Below are positions 1 through 12,899 of a DNA stretch of 64,000 nt, one piece after another. The DNA is taken from NCBI GenBank assembly GCA_973895155.1, contig OZ316898.1, forward strand, positions 14,848,330 to 14,912,329, written 5' to 3'. The notes under the pieces were generated by a model. The model did no database searches, had not been told where the DNA came from, and worked only from the letters and a program-made list of their open reading frames with translations. Each line of letters begins with the position of its first letter. Position 1 is the stretch's first letter. The position numbers were made by a program, and so were the translations under genes. The stretch comes from Marsupella aquatica (taxonomy: Eukaryota; Plantae; Marchantiophyta).

Positions 1-635
1 GTGAGATGATTTGTGGCAATGCAGTGAGCTCTGGGCTCAAATTTGGCCGTAACTCAGACTGCACCAACACAAAGGGCTTCCCTTCTTCTTGCACGTGATC
101 TACGTCTGGCTCTTCGTCTGGACGTATGGCCTCGTTGTGTTGAGACCCTTTGTGCGGCACACCAACTTGTTTATCTAGCTCATGTGGCAACCTCCTCTCT
201 TCTGCAAGCCGTAATTGTTCTTCGGCAGCAACCCAAGAGGGCACTCGGTCTAGCTCAGGCGTACGTGAGTGTTGGGGGCTTGCTCTTCCTCCCCTTCTTC
301 CTCTCGGCATCCCATTGAGACCTGCATGCCAAGCTCACAAAAAACAATATCACCAACAAATCTTCCTCAAACATCAACCATCGCAAGTTGCGTTGTGGTT
401 GACGTAAAATAACAGAGTAACCAAGAAAAATCTTCTCACATATCAACCGTCACAAGCTGCATTGTGGTTGATACGCTTGAACTCTAAATAGACGTAGCTC
501 CCCTCCTCTTGCAACCAAACAAGGAGAAGGTTCCCCGACAACGGTGCCAAAAACAAGGACCATACTTATGTCACTTGTCTACCCAACCATTTATACGTAA
601 AATACTACTCTCCTGTGCATAAACTGTTGGTATCA

Positions 636-3600
636 TGTTACGGGGTCGTGGAGGGACGCTATTTGGAGGATTTCCACACCTAAGGATGAGTATATTTGAT
701 TCCGCTCCCGGAAATGTAATTTTTGATCAAGTCTACCGACTAGCCATTCTCTGCTTTTGATCAAGTCCCATGGACTACACCACACACACACACACTTCTA
801 CTGGTCGTTGTGGAGTGCTGTCACCACCCCCCTTTCCTTAACTGGTTGACCAACCCAAGCAAGGATTCCTTAGACACTTCCCAGGAAAGAACACAATCGT
901 GAACCGGAAAACATAACGCAACACCAAACTTGAGAAATCAAATCAAATCCATATGTTTTGGTAAAAAGGATAACACATTGCAAGGACAACCTAGCCTCCT
1001 GCCGTCTGTCCAACTCCTGCCTCAATGGGGCAAGCGCTACCCTCTACCTCACTACTCTGACTCGGTTCCTCCTTCTGGTCCTCCGCTAACTTCCCGTAAG
1101 CAAACACTATACTGAGTTCCCCCCTAACTACTCCGGGGCTCTCCCCCTAAATACCAAAAAACACACCAAAGCACCCCTCACGGGGCCACAACGATGGCGG
1201 CTTACCCTAGCGGCGCCGCTAAACCCTTGAACACTAAGAAACCCCTAAACTAAAATCATGCGGCACACACATGATTCTAAAACCCTAAACCCTAAACTAA
1301 CAATGGGGCCGACGGTGCCTTGGACGGCGCCCCAACATTACTCCGTGAACCGTGAAATTGCAAGGAACCCCACAATGGCCGAAACTAGGTGCCCTTCCAT
1401 TTGCACTTCTGAGTTCACCCCTGGATAGCCCTCCTCCTCCTGATCAGGAATCACTTAACCGCTCTTGAAACGGACATCAGACGACCAAGTTATGGCCGTT
1501 TCAGTATCCCGTAAACCCAACCTCGTCGGGCCCTAACTTGCTCATCCTGGCTCCGTTTGAGGAGCGCCGCCTCTTGTTGGAATCAGCTCCGCGAGCTATT
1601 TCCAACAAGCCCGTGAGTGACCCCTCACAAAAAATTTGGAAAGTCAAGGGGCCGTACAAATACGTCCGTACGACCACTATAATCCTCCTCCTCTTCATTC
1701 ACGGTGCCCTGGCTTGAGCTCCGTGAGTGGGCCTCCTCATCACTCTCCACTGGAGTGAGTGCCACTTCACTCCTCTTCTTCTTCACCGGGGTACTCCTTA
1801 TGCTAGTGCTTCCCTGCTTCCTCAAATTGGCCAAGGCCTGCCACGCCTTGATGTACCCCTCACCAATGGTGTAGGCCATAAGGCCGCCTCTTCACCAGAC
1901 CGCAACTCCAACGGTAAAACCTGCCCGGTGGCCATGGGAGTCCCAGGGGTGACAGATCGGGATGGCATCCCCGGGGTCCCCGTGTTGACCTGAGCCTCTC
2001 GTAACGATTTACGTACCTCCCTGAGCTTCTTCTCTAAGCTCTTGCTCTTCTCTTGACTCTTCTTGGCTGCATCCAACAGGGTCCATACTTCCCACTGACT
2101 TCCTTCACCACTATCTCAATGGCCCTGGAGATCAAATCCGGGGAAAGTGTGAAGCTAGGTGTGCAGGGGCTCTTCCGTTTCCCCAGACTCAAGGCCTCAC
2201 TCCTCTTAGCCCTTGTCTCAAAGATCACCATTTGACTCCGTAGTGCTCCCACCTGGGCTCTTAACTCCACCACTTCTCCAGAATTCTGCTTCTCTTTGGC
2301 CAATGCCTGTTTCAATACTCCAACCTCTTCCACTTCCTTGGCCTTGGTGGACAAGGCTCCCTTCAAGTTGGAGATCTCTACGTGAGCTGCTTGGAGAAGC
2401 TTAACCTTCTCATGAATGGCCTCCTCCTTGGCCTTGATCACCTCCTTCATAGACAGGGCACTCTGCTCCAAATTCTCTACTCTGGCGGTGGCCTGCTTGA
2501 GAGAATCTCTCAATGCGTGGACTAGCTTGAGTCCCTCATGGACCCCCTCCCGGAAATCCCGTAACTCCACCAAGTAGACATCAGGAATGTCATAGACCAC
2601 GGGCTCCTCCGGATCTCCCACAAGTGATTCAAGCCACTCCAATGTGGAGTCCTCATCCTAGTTTTCTTCCTCTCTATTATCATCCCCAACCGCCGACGAT
2701 GATCCCTCCGTTAGTTTCCACAAGATAGTAGTGGCCATACTCCTGATTTCCGTGGTAAGGGATGATCTAGAGTCTTCCTGTCCCGGGGAAACAATCCACC
2801 CTTCTGCTCTGGCCAGCAAAAATGACCCCATCAAATGTATAGCCCCACCTGGTTTCACACTCCCAGGATCGGCGTCCAATAGCTTCTTCAACCCGTAGTA
2901 CCACCATCCATACACATGGGCTGGATAGTTCTTGATGTCCATAGCTACCACGAAATGCTCTCCATTCACCACCCCGGATTGCACGTTACCAAGGACCCGT
3001 TGATGAACCTTGGCCAGAAATCCCTTGTGCTCAGCATCCTTGACGGCGGAAAGAGGAATGGAAGTAGTGGAGGTGGGATTAGTCACCCAACCGGCCACCA
3101 TTGTCAACGTGAGCTCTCCCCTTATGTTCCGAGGTGTGAATGAGAATTGCTGGTTCTCTAGAAACAGAAGCTTAGCTAACTCCACATGGGCCACTACCCG
3201 TTGGAGACATTCAAAGTAGATTCCTTCCGTACGTAACTCCATCCCGGCCATTGTAATCTCCACCTTCATGAACTCCGTGAGCCCGGTGGCTTGAAAAATA
3301 TTCCTACAATCCTCCATCACCTTGGCGGAGGTTTGGGGATAAATTCGATGGAAAACCTTCCTACTCACCGGTGCGGAACTTGCCGCCAGTCCAGTACTCA
3401 TCGTAGCTTCTCTCTCTTCTCTCTCTCTTGCAATCAATGTCTCAACGTAGTCACGGTAAGCAGCCTTGTATCTACGAACGCATGCCACACTAAACTCCGG
3501 TTGATCCAGCATCCATGCATCTAGAAATCAAATCCTCAATCACCAAATCCCGTCACCCGTAGCAATGTCAATTCCCTGGCCCGAAATGGCCCCCGTATCC

Positions 3601-4424
3601 CGATCAATCAATTACCCTCAATTCCCTCAGAAGCCACTCCGTGCTGCTACCGCTAATGCTCGGAGAAATCATGCCAACAAGCCCCAACAATTGACCATGA
3701 GAAAGGGCTTCCAAAATAATTGCAAAATGTGGAGAGAGCTTTCGGCAAGAGTTGAGAGAGAGCCCGAGTTTTTGCTTTCGGCAATGAGTTGGTCTTGCAA
3801 AAGAGAGGAAGTGAAAAAATAGGAAGGAAAAAAAAAGGAACAGCTGTGGCTCCTTTGCTAATTTTCCCTCGCGGCTGCGCCTTGCTTACGCCCTTAACTC
3901 GCAGCTGCGCCTTGCGCCCCGGCACCCTTTTACTCCTCCTCGCGGCTGCCCCTCGCTTACGCCCCGGCAGCCCCTTTCGGGGCTCCGCCTACTCGCGGGG
4001 CGGCCCTCCGTCTCGCGCCTGCTGCCTCCCAACTTGCGGGCACGCAGCCTTACACTGGGCCCTCCACCTGGCGCCCCACGGCTCGCGGGCTCCTCCTCCC
4101 TGGCTGACTCCGCCATATTACACGGGGGCCAAGAAAAACTGCCGGGGTCTCCAAATATTAATGGGTGGTATCCCCTTAAGATGCCTAATTTTCTTCTCCC
4201 ACAACGACAAGACCCAAGAGAACAAAGGGTCAATTAAAAAAATAGTTCCTCCCGGGTTCAAATAGCTCCGGCCCTCCAGAGCAACATGAACACACACCGG
4301 GATGATTAACTTTTAAGAAATTAAAACAAAATTGAAAAACTCTTGTGTATATTGGCTTATTTATTTACATGCATCTTGCCAATAACACCTAATGGTGACT
4401 TTTCGAGACGGGGACCCCGTCACA
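636..4424 (-). mobile_element. Large solo-LTR-like element (TG...CA termini) carrying a decayed ORF
   Basis: Left end TGTTACGGGGTC (636) and right end GACCCCGTCACA (4424) form an 11/12 inverted match. The flanks TATCA and TGTAA match at only 3/5, so any TSD has decayed. No internal direct LTR pair, gag or pol seen. GC-rich short repeats at 3860-4130. Confidence 0.5.
1501..3512 (-). pseudogene. Decayed retroelement accessory ORF (globular N-half, coiled-coil C-half)
   Basis: ORFs 2658-3512 and 2034-2642 are in the same frame, separated by one TAG (AAC TAG GAT GAG GAC TCC ACA TTG). Reading continues by frameshifts into 1822-2076 and 1625-1879. Heptad-rich segment (LKQATARVENLEQ...LRAQVGALRSQ). 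Confidence 0.55.
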
Positions 4425-4771
4425 TGTAAGCACAAACCCTTGATAAGTGTACATAAACACATATTGATGTGTGCACAATTCCATGGAATACACTTACTGA
4501 TAAGTGCATGACATTTTTCCAGTACAGTAGAATTGCCCTAATGGTCTTAGTATAGATTGGTAGAACTACACAATTTAGGGTCGAGTGATGTTCTGTCATA
4601 GAGGGGTTCGTTGCACATGGACAGTGTAGCTCTTATAGATAAATACACAATTCCATTTTGTTGCACTTATCACCTAATCCAAACCCGCATTAAGTGCATT
4701 ATAGCGCTACTCCTTCTTGACAGTGTGCACTTAGAGAGGGGCCACTGTAGATAAATGTCAAAGATGTTTTT

Positions 4772-5768
4772 GGGAGATATATGCTTGATGGGCCCTCTGG
4801 CGAAACTTTCTTACCTGATGGGCCCTTACGGAACTTTTCTTACCTAATAGGCCCCCTCTTAATGAGCCGTACTCACTCTTCTTGTGAGGTGCCAAACTTT
4901 GTAGTTGACCACAACAGGCCCTATGTTGTACACTGTGTGTTTACGTCCAGTCCACCACAGTCCACGCCATAGTGAATCGTTCTCCCAACCGAGTGGCCAA
5001 CAACACAGTCGACAACGGGGTTCTAAATAGGGTGGGGGTGGATTTAGCCATAAAAACATTGCATTATATAAGTATTCATGTGTTGTGAGGGGTTTAGGGT
5101 TGTTGCTGCTACCCGACAATCGTCGCTCTTTGATTCTTTGTGTTACAGGAGGGAAGCGCTCGGGTTTTGTCAGTGCTTGGGCATTTGTTGATGCTTGATG
5201 CTCGGGTTTTGTCAATACCTTCAGGTTGTTGATTGAAGCCCAGTGCCTAGTGCCTAGTGACAGAAAACAAGTGCTGGTGAAAGTACCAGGATCATAACGA
5301 CTGCACATGTCCACCAAACTCATAGGCCCAGATCAAAAACGTTGAGAAAACTATGTGTGGATCACATGAAAGTAAGCCCTATGACTATTCCGCGGTACGG
5401 TAAAAATTCAAATCCGAAGACATGATCCATACTATATTCATTTTGTAATTTGTGTTGCGTCCCTGATTCAAATCCAAAAACATAATCCATATTGTTTTCA
5501 CTTTGCAATTTGGGCGTTGCGGCCACAATTCTGCAGTTCCCTTAATTGCGTTGTTTAACTTTTTTGTTCCACCGTGCAAGGTTGGGTACGGGATTCGACA
5601 GTGCAATTTGCTTCACAGTCATGGTTGACCACAGAGTTTTGGGGAAACAAAATTGGTCATTGTATCAAGCAAAAATTGGTTAGAGTGACTCTTAGAAGAC
5701 GCAAAAGTGTAGCAAGGGCCCATTAGATTAAAAAATTACACCAAAGGCCCATCAAACTTATACCTCTC
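4772..5768. mobile_element. Non-autonomous TIR element (MULE-like)
   Basis: About 65-bp degenerate terminal inverted repeats: GGGAGATATATGCTTGATGGGCCCTCTGG...GATGGGCCCTT vs the reverse complement of the right end GAGAGGTATAAGTTTGATGGGCCTTTGG...AATGGGCCCTT. No clear TSD. Confidence 0.55.
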
Positions 5769-6899
5769 TTTTTGGCCAGGAAACAATTTTCACACGAGAT
5801 CTTCATGTTTGTGTCCCTCCCTCGGTCATGGACTGTCGGGCCGCTGCAAATGAGTAGTCATTGAAGGTCGAGGGCTTTATTTCAAGTCCTTCGGCTCCAC
5901 CACACCTAATTAGAGCCTACTTCGTGATCCTCTTCATGAGTTCATGACCTGCATTCTCCGCCAAAATAAGGGATATCACTTCGCACAACATATAAAGATC
6001 CCGGCCAGAAAAGATCATTTCGGGAGACTTTACTCTTTCGCACATTCGAAATGATCGTGATCTGCCAATGGTCAGTGGGCGTACCCATATTCAAGGGAAA
6101 TCCTACGGGAATCAATGCACGACGCTGCAGGTTCAGTATGAAGTGATTACCATTTAACTTCGGAAACTGGGGTTTAGGGTATATTATCGTGAATCGTGCC
6201 CATCGTTCTGTCATTCTTTTTGGTAAGTGGAGGAACAGCCAAAGTTGTCCAACACGAGACGTTCATGACCTTTCGGTCATCGTAGGTCGTGGATGATGTG
6301 TTCAACCCGGTGAGAGATTGAGTTGGGAGTACCTGTTGTTACCTGGTTAATGGGAACTTAATTCTATGAAGTCTGATATATGAAGGTACGTATTGTTGCC
6401 TGGTCATAGAAACGTCATAGTTCATCTGAATTTGATGCTAGCGCTGTTGGTTAAGCTCAATTATGCATTCATTCCATCAGGTTTGTTAATGTGGTACTGC
6501 ATTCATGTTGGAATGACGATAGAGTCTACTGTGGTATTTGGCATATGAGCACAGGTTAGAGGAATTTTCCATACCAAGTGTAATTATTCTGTTATTCCTT
6601 CTAAGTAAGTATCTGGCTGTCCATATTTGAGTGTCAATTTTTGAGTGTGGTTTTTTATGTGCACACACGTTTATGTTTCAACGAAGGGGCGTCATGCCAA
6701 TTTTAGAATCCACAGTAGATCCCGTGTCCAAAACTCTGGGTTAACAGTTTAGAAAGATCACACGGGCTGATGAACATGCAAGTACATTCATGGCCTTGCT
6801 ATATTAATAAAAATGATGACGTGTCTGTTGAGTATGCCCATTTGAGAGGACACTTTCTGAGACTGTATACTGCACTAGGTCATTTGCGTTTTTTCTTCC

Positions 6900-9160
6900 C
6901 TCTCACCTTGAATGCCTGTCGCGTAGCAACTTGAACAGGGGCTGTATAGAGGCAGGTGATCTAGCTACTAGTAGGAAGAAATCTATGAAAAGGAATGAAA
7001 GCTGGGCCATTCCATCCCCATCATCGACAACTTTAGTACTACCTCCATGTGGGAGCTTCGAAGTTCTCCATTAAGCAGGTGGTCACATGAACTCATCACT
7101 TGTAGGCTCGGTTGTCGGTTGGTAACTTGGTTCAGGGCAAAGAGTCCATCAATTTAGGGTTCATCCTGAAGACGAGGCCAATCTCACCTAGAATATATAT
7201 TTCAAATGTCCTTCAAATTTTCTGATAGACAGAAGAACTGAGGACATAAATTCTCATCCAAATTGGGCAGCAGCTTGATAAATGGAGGGTTAGTATCCAG
7301 TTAGTTCTCATTCTAGACCACCAATAAGGATTGGATTGTCATTCATCATTATCGTTTTTTTCTAGAATCTCCCTGAGAATTCAATTGAGAGTTTTGTTGT
7401 CGCTTCTTCTTTTAGCGTCCACACCATCCTCCTAGCTAGAAAAGGCTTTAAAAAGGGTCTCCGTATAGTTGTTGGCAGGTGACTCTGAGTTCCCAATCAT
7501 GGTACACCACAGCATTTAGGAATTTTCTCGTTAATATACTGTGGCCACGCCAAGACAGATTGTCATGGTCCCTCTCTTGCTGTAGGACTCAGTTGAATTA
7601 AATTGCAGACTTTGAAAACGGACTGCTTGGCACTAAGGCAATCCTCAATTGTCAATCCAGAAAACGATCCACTATAACATTGTCAGCGGGATTGTCAGTC
7701 ACCTTATGGCGATCGTATGCTTTAACTAAGGCGGAATGAGTCCTCTGAACCTGGCTGTAACTTCCAGTAATCTCTTCGTCATGATCCCGAGACGGAAGTG
7801 GAAGTGAACAGTTCAATTGCATAATTGTAATATTTGAATGAAAACGATGTGCCAGTCCAATATCTTAGTTCCTCTGTCTCAGAAAGTCCCGTATAATTGC
7901 GGCAGCACTGTTCCATGTACCAATAGGCAGTTCCCCAACCTGCACAAGTGCTCAATCGTGGATTCAAATTCTCATTATGTTCTTAAGCTGAGAAGAAGCA
8001 TGACAAGTTGCTAGGAAGATGTTAATTAGCATTGAATGTAAGTGAAACTTCCAGGTCTAGCTTGTAGAATCTTGAGGAGATTATAAAATTTAATTCTAAT
8101 TGGATGTAAAGTGCGTTCTTTCACGAATCACAGACCATACATGCAGGTAAGCATGCCACCAAGCTCATGTCGGACGCCCTTTAGCATCCAGCCGATGATC
8201 TAGTTCAATGCAGTCTCTTTCAAATCTCTCCATCCCCCCCCATCGGACGGCATGTATTTGCGAAACTTTCTAGCTTCCTTAAAATGCTATCCAGTTCTCA
8301 CTACTGGGAGAAGATGGCTTTTCCTTAGTTTTCTCTTCACATCGCAGCTGAACATTAGACCATCGCATGTAGCTAGACAGTCTTATCACAAGAAGATATG
8401 ATAAGACAGTCTACATGTTCGTCTGCGTTTCTTTTCACGTCGCAGCTGAACATGTCTTATCACAAGATAAAGAACGGCGCCGTTGATAAATGAATGCTGG
8501 GCATAATCCTCGCTGTTCCATATATCCACCAGAGGACATAAACTACACGAAAGTGTCCAGAATTGCCCTATACTTTCTACATTCTACTTGTAATTCCTTC
8601 AACCCAAGTGAACAAGAGGGTCATAATAAATTTTGAAAAGTCTTGAAGCTATCGAGCAGGATGAAGATGTACTGGAGCCATTAGGCAAATTTATCCTAGT
8701 CTATACGATTTTAGTCAGATCCATATTGAACTCGGTGGAAAATAATGCGGATTATTCAGTCTGGTCCACACTAACTTGAACTAGGCAGAAAAAATGAGGT
8801 TTACACATTATTTGACTGCAATACTTGACACTACTCTCGAACCCACACTTTTCATCCTGCTATAGAAACATTGAAATACCCAAACCCGTTAAACTCTGGA
8901 CACACCACACCCAATTTCCAAACCAGACTGATTTCCGATTTGTAGGAAATGCCGCAATGGTGACTGTAGCTTCCCATATTAAGCAGAGCCAGTTGAAGCT
9001 GACAGAACTAGTATCCGTCCTACACTCGCAACTGTTGACAGAAACATAGTCATTGTGACTGAAGTCTTCAAAGTTTTGGCATGGATGTAATGAACAGATC
9101 AGCGGATACAATGAACAGATCAGCTGACGCAATGCAACTCTACTGCAGTGCGACATTGTC
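6900..9160 (-). pseudogene. Heavily decayed LRR-coding relic (NLR-type)
   Basis: Manual minus-strand translation gives LRR-like fragments: LKELQVECRKYRAILDTF (~8545-8600), HLPSNLS (~8005-8025), LTIEDC (~7640-7655), GMAQLSFLFID...SPASIQPLFKLL (~6925-7015). Many stops and frameshifts. Confidence 0.35.
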
Positions 9161-11881
9161 TTGATTTGTAAAACCGCCGGTGACTTAGGGGAAATTCATT
9201 AGAATTTTCCATAAAGTAGCAGAACACAAGGCAAAACTGTCACGTCCCGGGGTGGGAAATCAAATTCATCCTACCTTACGTGAGACTCTTACCTAGGTTG
9301 ATGTTGGTGTTCTTAAATACTACCTTACAAAAAACACAACCCTAGCGTGTTTGTATTTTCCCTTGGTAATAAGTGTATTTTGCCAATTCTTGTGTTCATA
9401 TGGCACTTCGTACTCACCTACAACACCAGATTTGCCTGTAAATCTCTAATCACATCATCTATTTGGGCTACAAAATAGTATCAATAAGTTCTAAATAGGT
9501 AATGATGCAGGACCTAGTAAGCCAGCCTGAGGTATTCTATTATGCGAGGAAACAGGAATTTTGTTAGTGAGGAGAATGTTGTTAGCGAGACACTCTAGGT
9601 TAAAATTATTTTTTACATTTTGCTGCCTTTTATATATTTTGTGTGTTTTTATGACTCCTGATGGCTAGCTGATGGCTAGCAACCTCGCTAGCCAAAAAAG
9701 GAGTCCCAAAAATGTCTGTTATGAACCAGCTTGTTGTTGGCGAGCAGTTGGATATAGAAAAATTAGGGACCATGTGAGGAAGATTTTTACTTGTGCGAGT
9801 AAATTTTTTACTGTTTACTCGCACGCTACAATGACCCAGCCTGCCTCTACTCCTACTTGGCTTTATCCAATTCTGCCGTGCTCTCCGGGCGCAGCAGGAG
9901 CTCACCTCTTCAGATTCAGTGCTTTGCACAGTGGGGCATTCTCTCAGTAAGGCAATACGGTTCCTCTTAAAGTCCCCAAAGGCATCCTTAGGAAATATTA
10001 CATAGCTTACTGGGAAATCTCCTGGTGTCAGCAATATTGGGGTTCCACATTAACCCAAAGCTGGGAGAGGCTCCTATTTTCAAAAGTGGGAATACATGCA
10101 ATTCTACCACTCTACCCGCTCAGGGTTAACTCTAGTCTTGGGTTAACTTCTAGTTACTTATGTAAAGTGTATGTAAATTCTCAATGTAAAGTGTATGTAA
10201 AGATTTCACCAAAGAAGAGTGGCAATTTATCTAATTAGACTGAAACAAGTGCCAATGTAGTAAATCTCACATATAAATAAACCCCTGCCAAATTGCTGAC
10301 ACCAGGAGATTTTCAAAAGTGGGAATACATGCAATTCTACCAACCCCCCGCCCCCCCCCCTCAAACATTATAATGGCAATGAAAAATATTCGTGGCAAAT
10401 TTTAGCTCATTCACACAACTATTTTCCTTGTAAGAAACCTACATGCACAAAGTCTCCTGGCTAGTTCAAAAGAGAATAAAAACCCTGTGAAATTCACTTC
10501 TAAATGCAGTACTTCAACGGATGGGACCACTTTGCTCCCTTCTCCAAAGAAATAAATGAGTAGTCCATATAAAGGACCAGAATTGGGGTTTACCCGCTTG
10601 AAAGTCAATTGCTTGTTGATGGGAGATCTTCTTTAAACCGCCAGCAGTCATATAAATTGGGGAAGTGTCCAAAACTTCTCACTTTTTCACTTTCCTCTCA
10701 TTCTTCTCCTCTCCAGTTCCATATTGCTCCACAAAATCAGGAAATGATACTATTTATGGTGAAACATGGTTTTTGTCATGGCTAGTGGTGGTTCAAAACA
10801 CAACTACCCGCACTATAAAGTCTCCTAACTAGTTCAGAAAGCCTACTTCTTTTTAGTTAAAATCATGCTTTGTCTCTTTTTTAGTTTAATTATTACCTGG
10901 TCTTCTTCTTCCACTATGAGTAAGAAAAGTAACTTTAATTAACCTGAAACAATCCAATAGTCAACATCCGGCCAGGTTCCACCGTCAGATGGTCATCTGT
11001 ACGTGTCCTCTACTTGCGATGTAACCGCAACAGTCATGCTTTCCAACACACAACTTTGCCCCCATCCCAACTCACTTGCCCCCCTCCTGGTTGGTTGCCC
11101 CTCTTCCCCTTGCAAAAACAAAATAAAATATCATGAACCAGAAATAGGTTTTTACGAGCCAAAAAAGTAAGAGAAAATGAGGCCCAAATAGTACGAACAT
11201 GAAGCTTAAACTAAATGGACAATTGCAAATTCAATTACCCGTAAAAAAATGAAACAAAAGTCAATTGCGTATTCACTTGTGAGATATTTTCCTTTTAAAC
11301 AACCTACGGTAGGTGCACAAAGCTCCTAATACACAAACGGATGGGACCACTTTGTTCCATTATGCAAATAAATAAATCGTCAGCGTAACAGGTGAAGGGC
11401 GACAAAGCAAAAACCTTGCGTACTTTCGGCACTGCGTTGACAAAGCGAAAGCAAAGAGCCCCAGTATCGACACGGTGGACTCACTTTAGTATGGATGCTC
11501 CAAGAATTAAATCAGATGGACCACCTGCGAGAATCCAAGAGTAGTTAGTCACTAGGCAACAATCATGGCAAAACCCAGATATCTCTACAAAGGACATTCC
11601 TAGCGATCTTTCCTGGAAGTGCAATTAATGTTTTCCAGTGGGACCCACCAGATCTCTTTGCCAGACTTAGAGTCTGACAACCTGGTCATACCAAAGAAAT
11701 GTAATTAGAAATCATTTTCACATCAGTATGCTCTGAATGAGCTCTGAGTGGTGCAGTCCATCTGCCTTTGAGATTCATCACAAAGGCGAATGAGCCTCTT
11801 GTACTTACCTGCCCCTGCTCGCTACTCACCACCGATTCCAAATTTATTCAAGAGTGTTCCAAGAATGAATGAAGTTCACTT

Positions 11882-12004
11882 TTGGATCGGGTGAAGGTTA
11901 ACTGTATTGAGAAAGCAGGTTTCAAACAAGGGCACCTGCTCTGTCTTGGATTGGGTGAATGTTAACTGTATTGAGAAAGTAGGTTTAAAACAAGGCACCT
12001 GCTC
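11882..12004. repeat. Two-copy tandem duplication, ~66 bp
   Basis: TTGGATYGGGTGAAKGTTAACTGTATTGAGAAAG...GGCACCTGCTC occurs twice. Confidence 0.8.
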
Positions 12005-12899
12005 AGACATGCCTGGGGCAAGCCGACGTCTATTTTTTTCTGGCACATGATATTTATTCTCATAGCCAGGTTTGGCATAGGCAGGTAGCCAGAAGCTACT
12101 TTGGGCTAATCAATGTTAATCTACATTATTTAGCCTTTCTCCTGCACCCTTAACCCTCTAACTCTCTCTAGGAGAATCTCTAATCTGTAGGGGAAAAGTA
12201 CTCCTTATTAAGTCGAGAAATTTGGGCAATCAGGTCCCAAAACTATGGAAAATCCTACTTGGGACCAGAATAGTTACAAAGCAATTGTTTCACATAGGGA
12301 CATGGTCGGGCATGCGGGTAATGATATGAGAGTGACAAATGCTCAATAACTGGGTTGATGGCTCTAAATGATGAAACTCTGCAACAAAAGTTGAAACGAG
12401 AAGTGTAGTCCATGAAAGTTTTCTCCATCACTAGTCCAATGCCCATGCCTTGCACAGATGACTTGAAAGCAAGGCAAAGAAATGATATCAAAGGGAGCAA
12501 TTACTGTTATCCCTTCCATCATACACTTTCTTGACCAATTTGAGCATAGAAGCCACTCATAAGGGAGTGATGTGGACTCTTAAAATAATAAGGTTGTCCA
12601 ACATGAGCTGGATGGAAATCACAAAATTCTGAAAACCCATAGAAAAACCACACTACAAAAGTTTAACATATATAAACATTATTTTGCTGGAATCTCATTT
12701 CAGTTGCAAAACTACATTTGGGCATTTTGGACAACTTTGGATGCAATGGAGACTTGTTTTCATGGATTTCAGTTTTTTTTTTTCTAGGCAAAATTAGCCA
12801 AGAAAGTATTAGCTCATAATACTGGAAAATAATGCAAAGAAAAAGGAAGGCTTGGGTTTTAAATTCCTCAAACTACAGAAATAGCTCAACTAAGGGCAA

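Noticed and set aside
1235-1300. Telomeric repeats (CCCTAAA), also near 52975
   Set aside because: Only 2-3 imperfect units; telo-box-like words, not an interstitial telomere.
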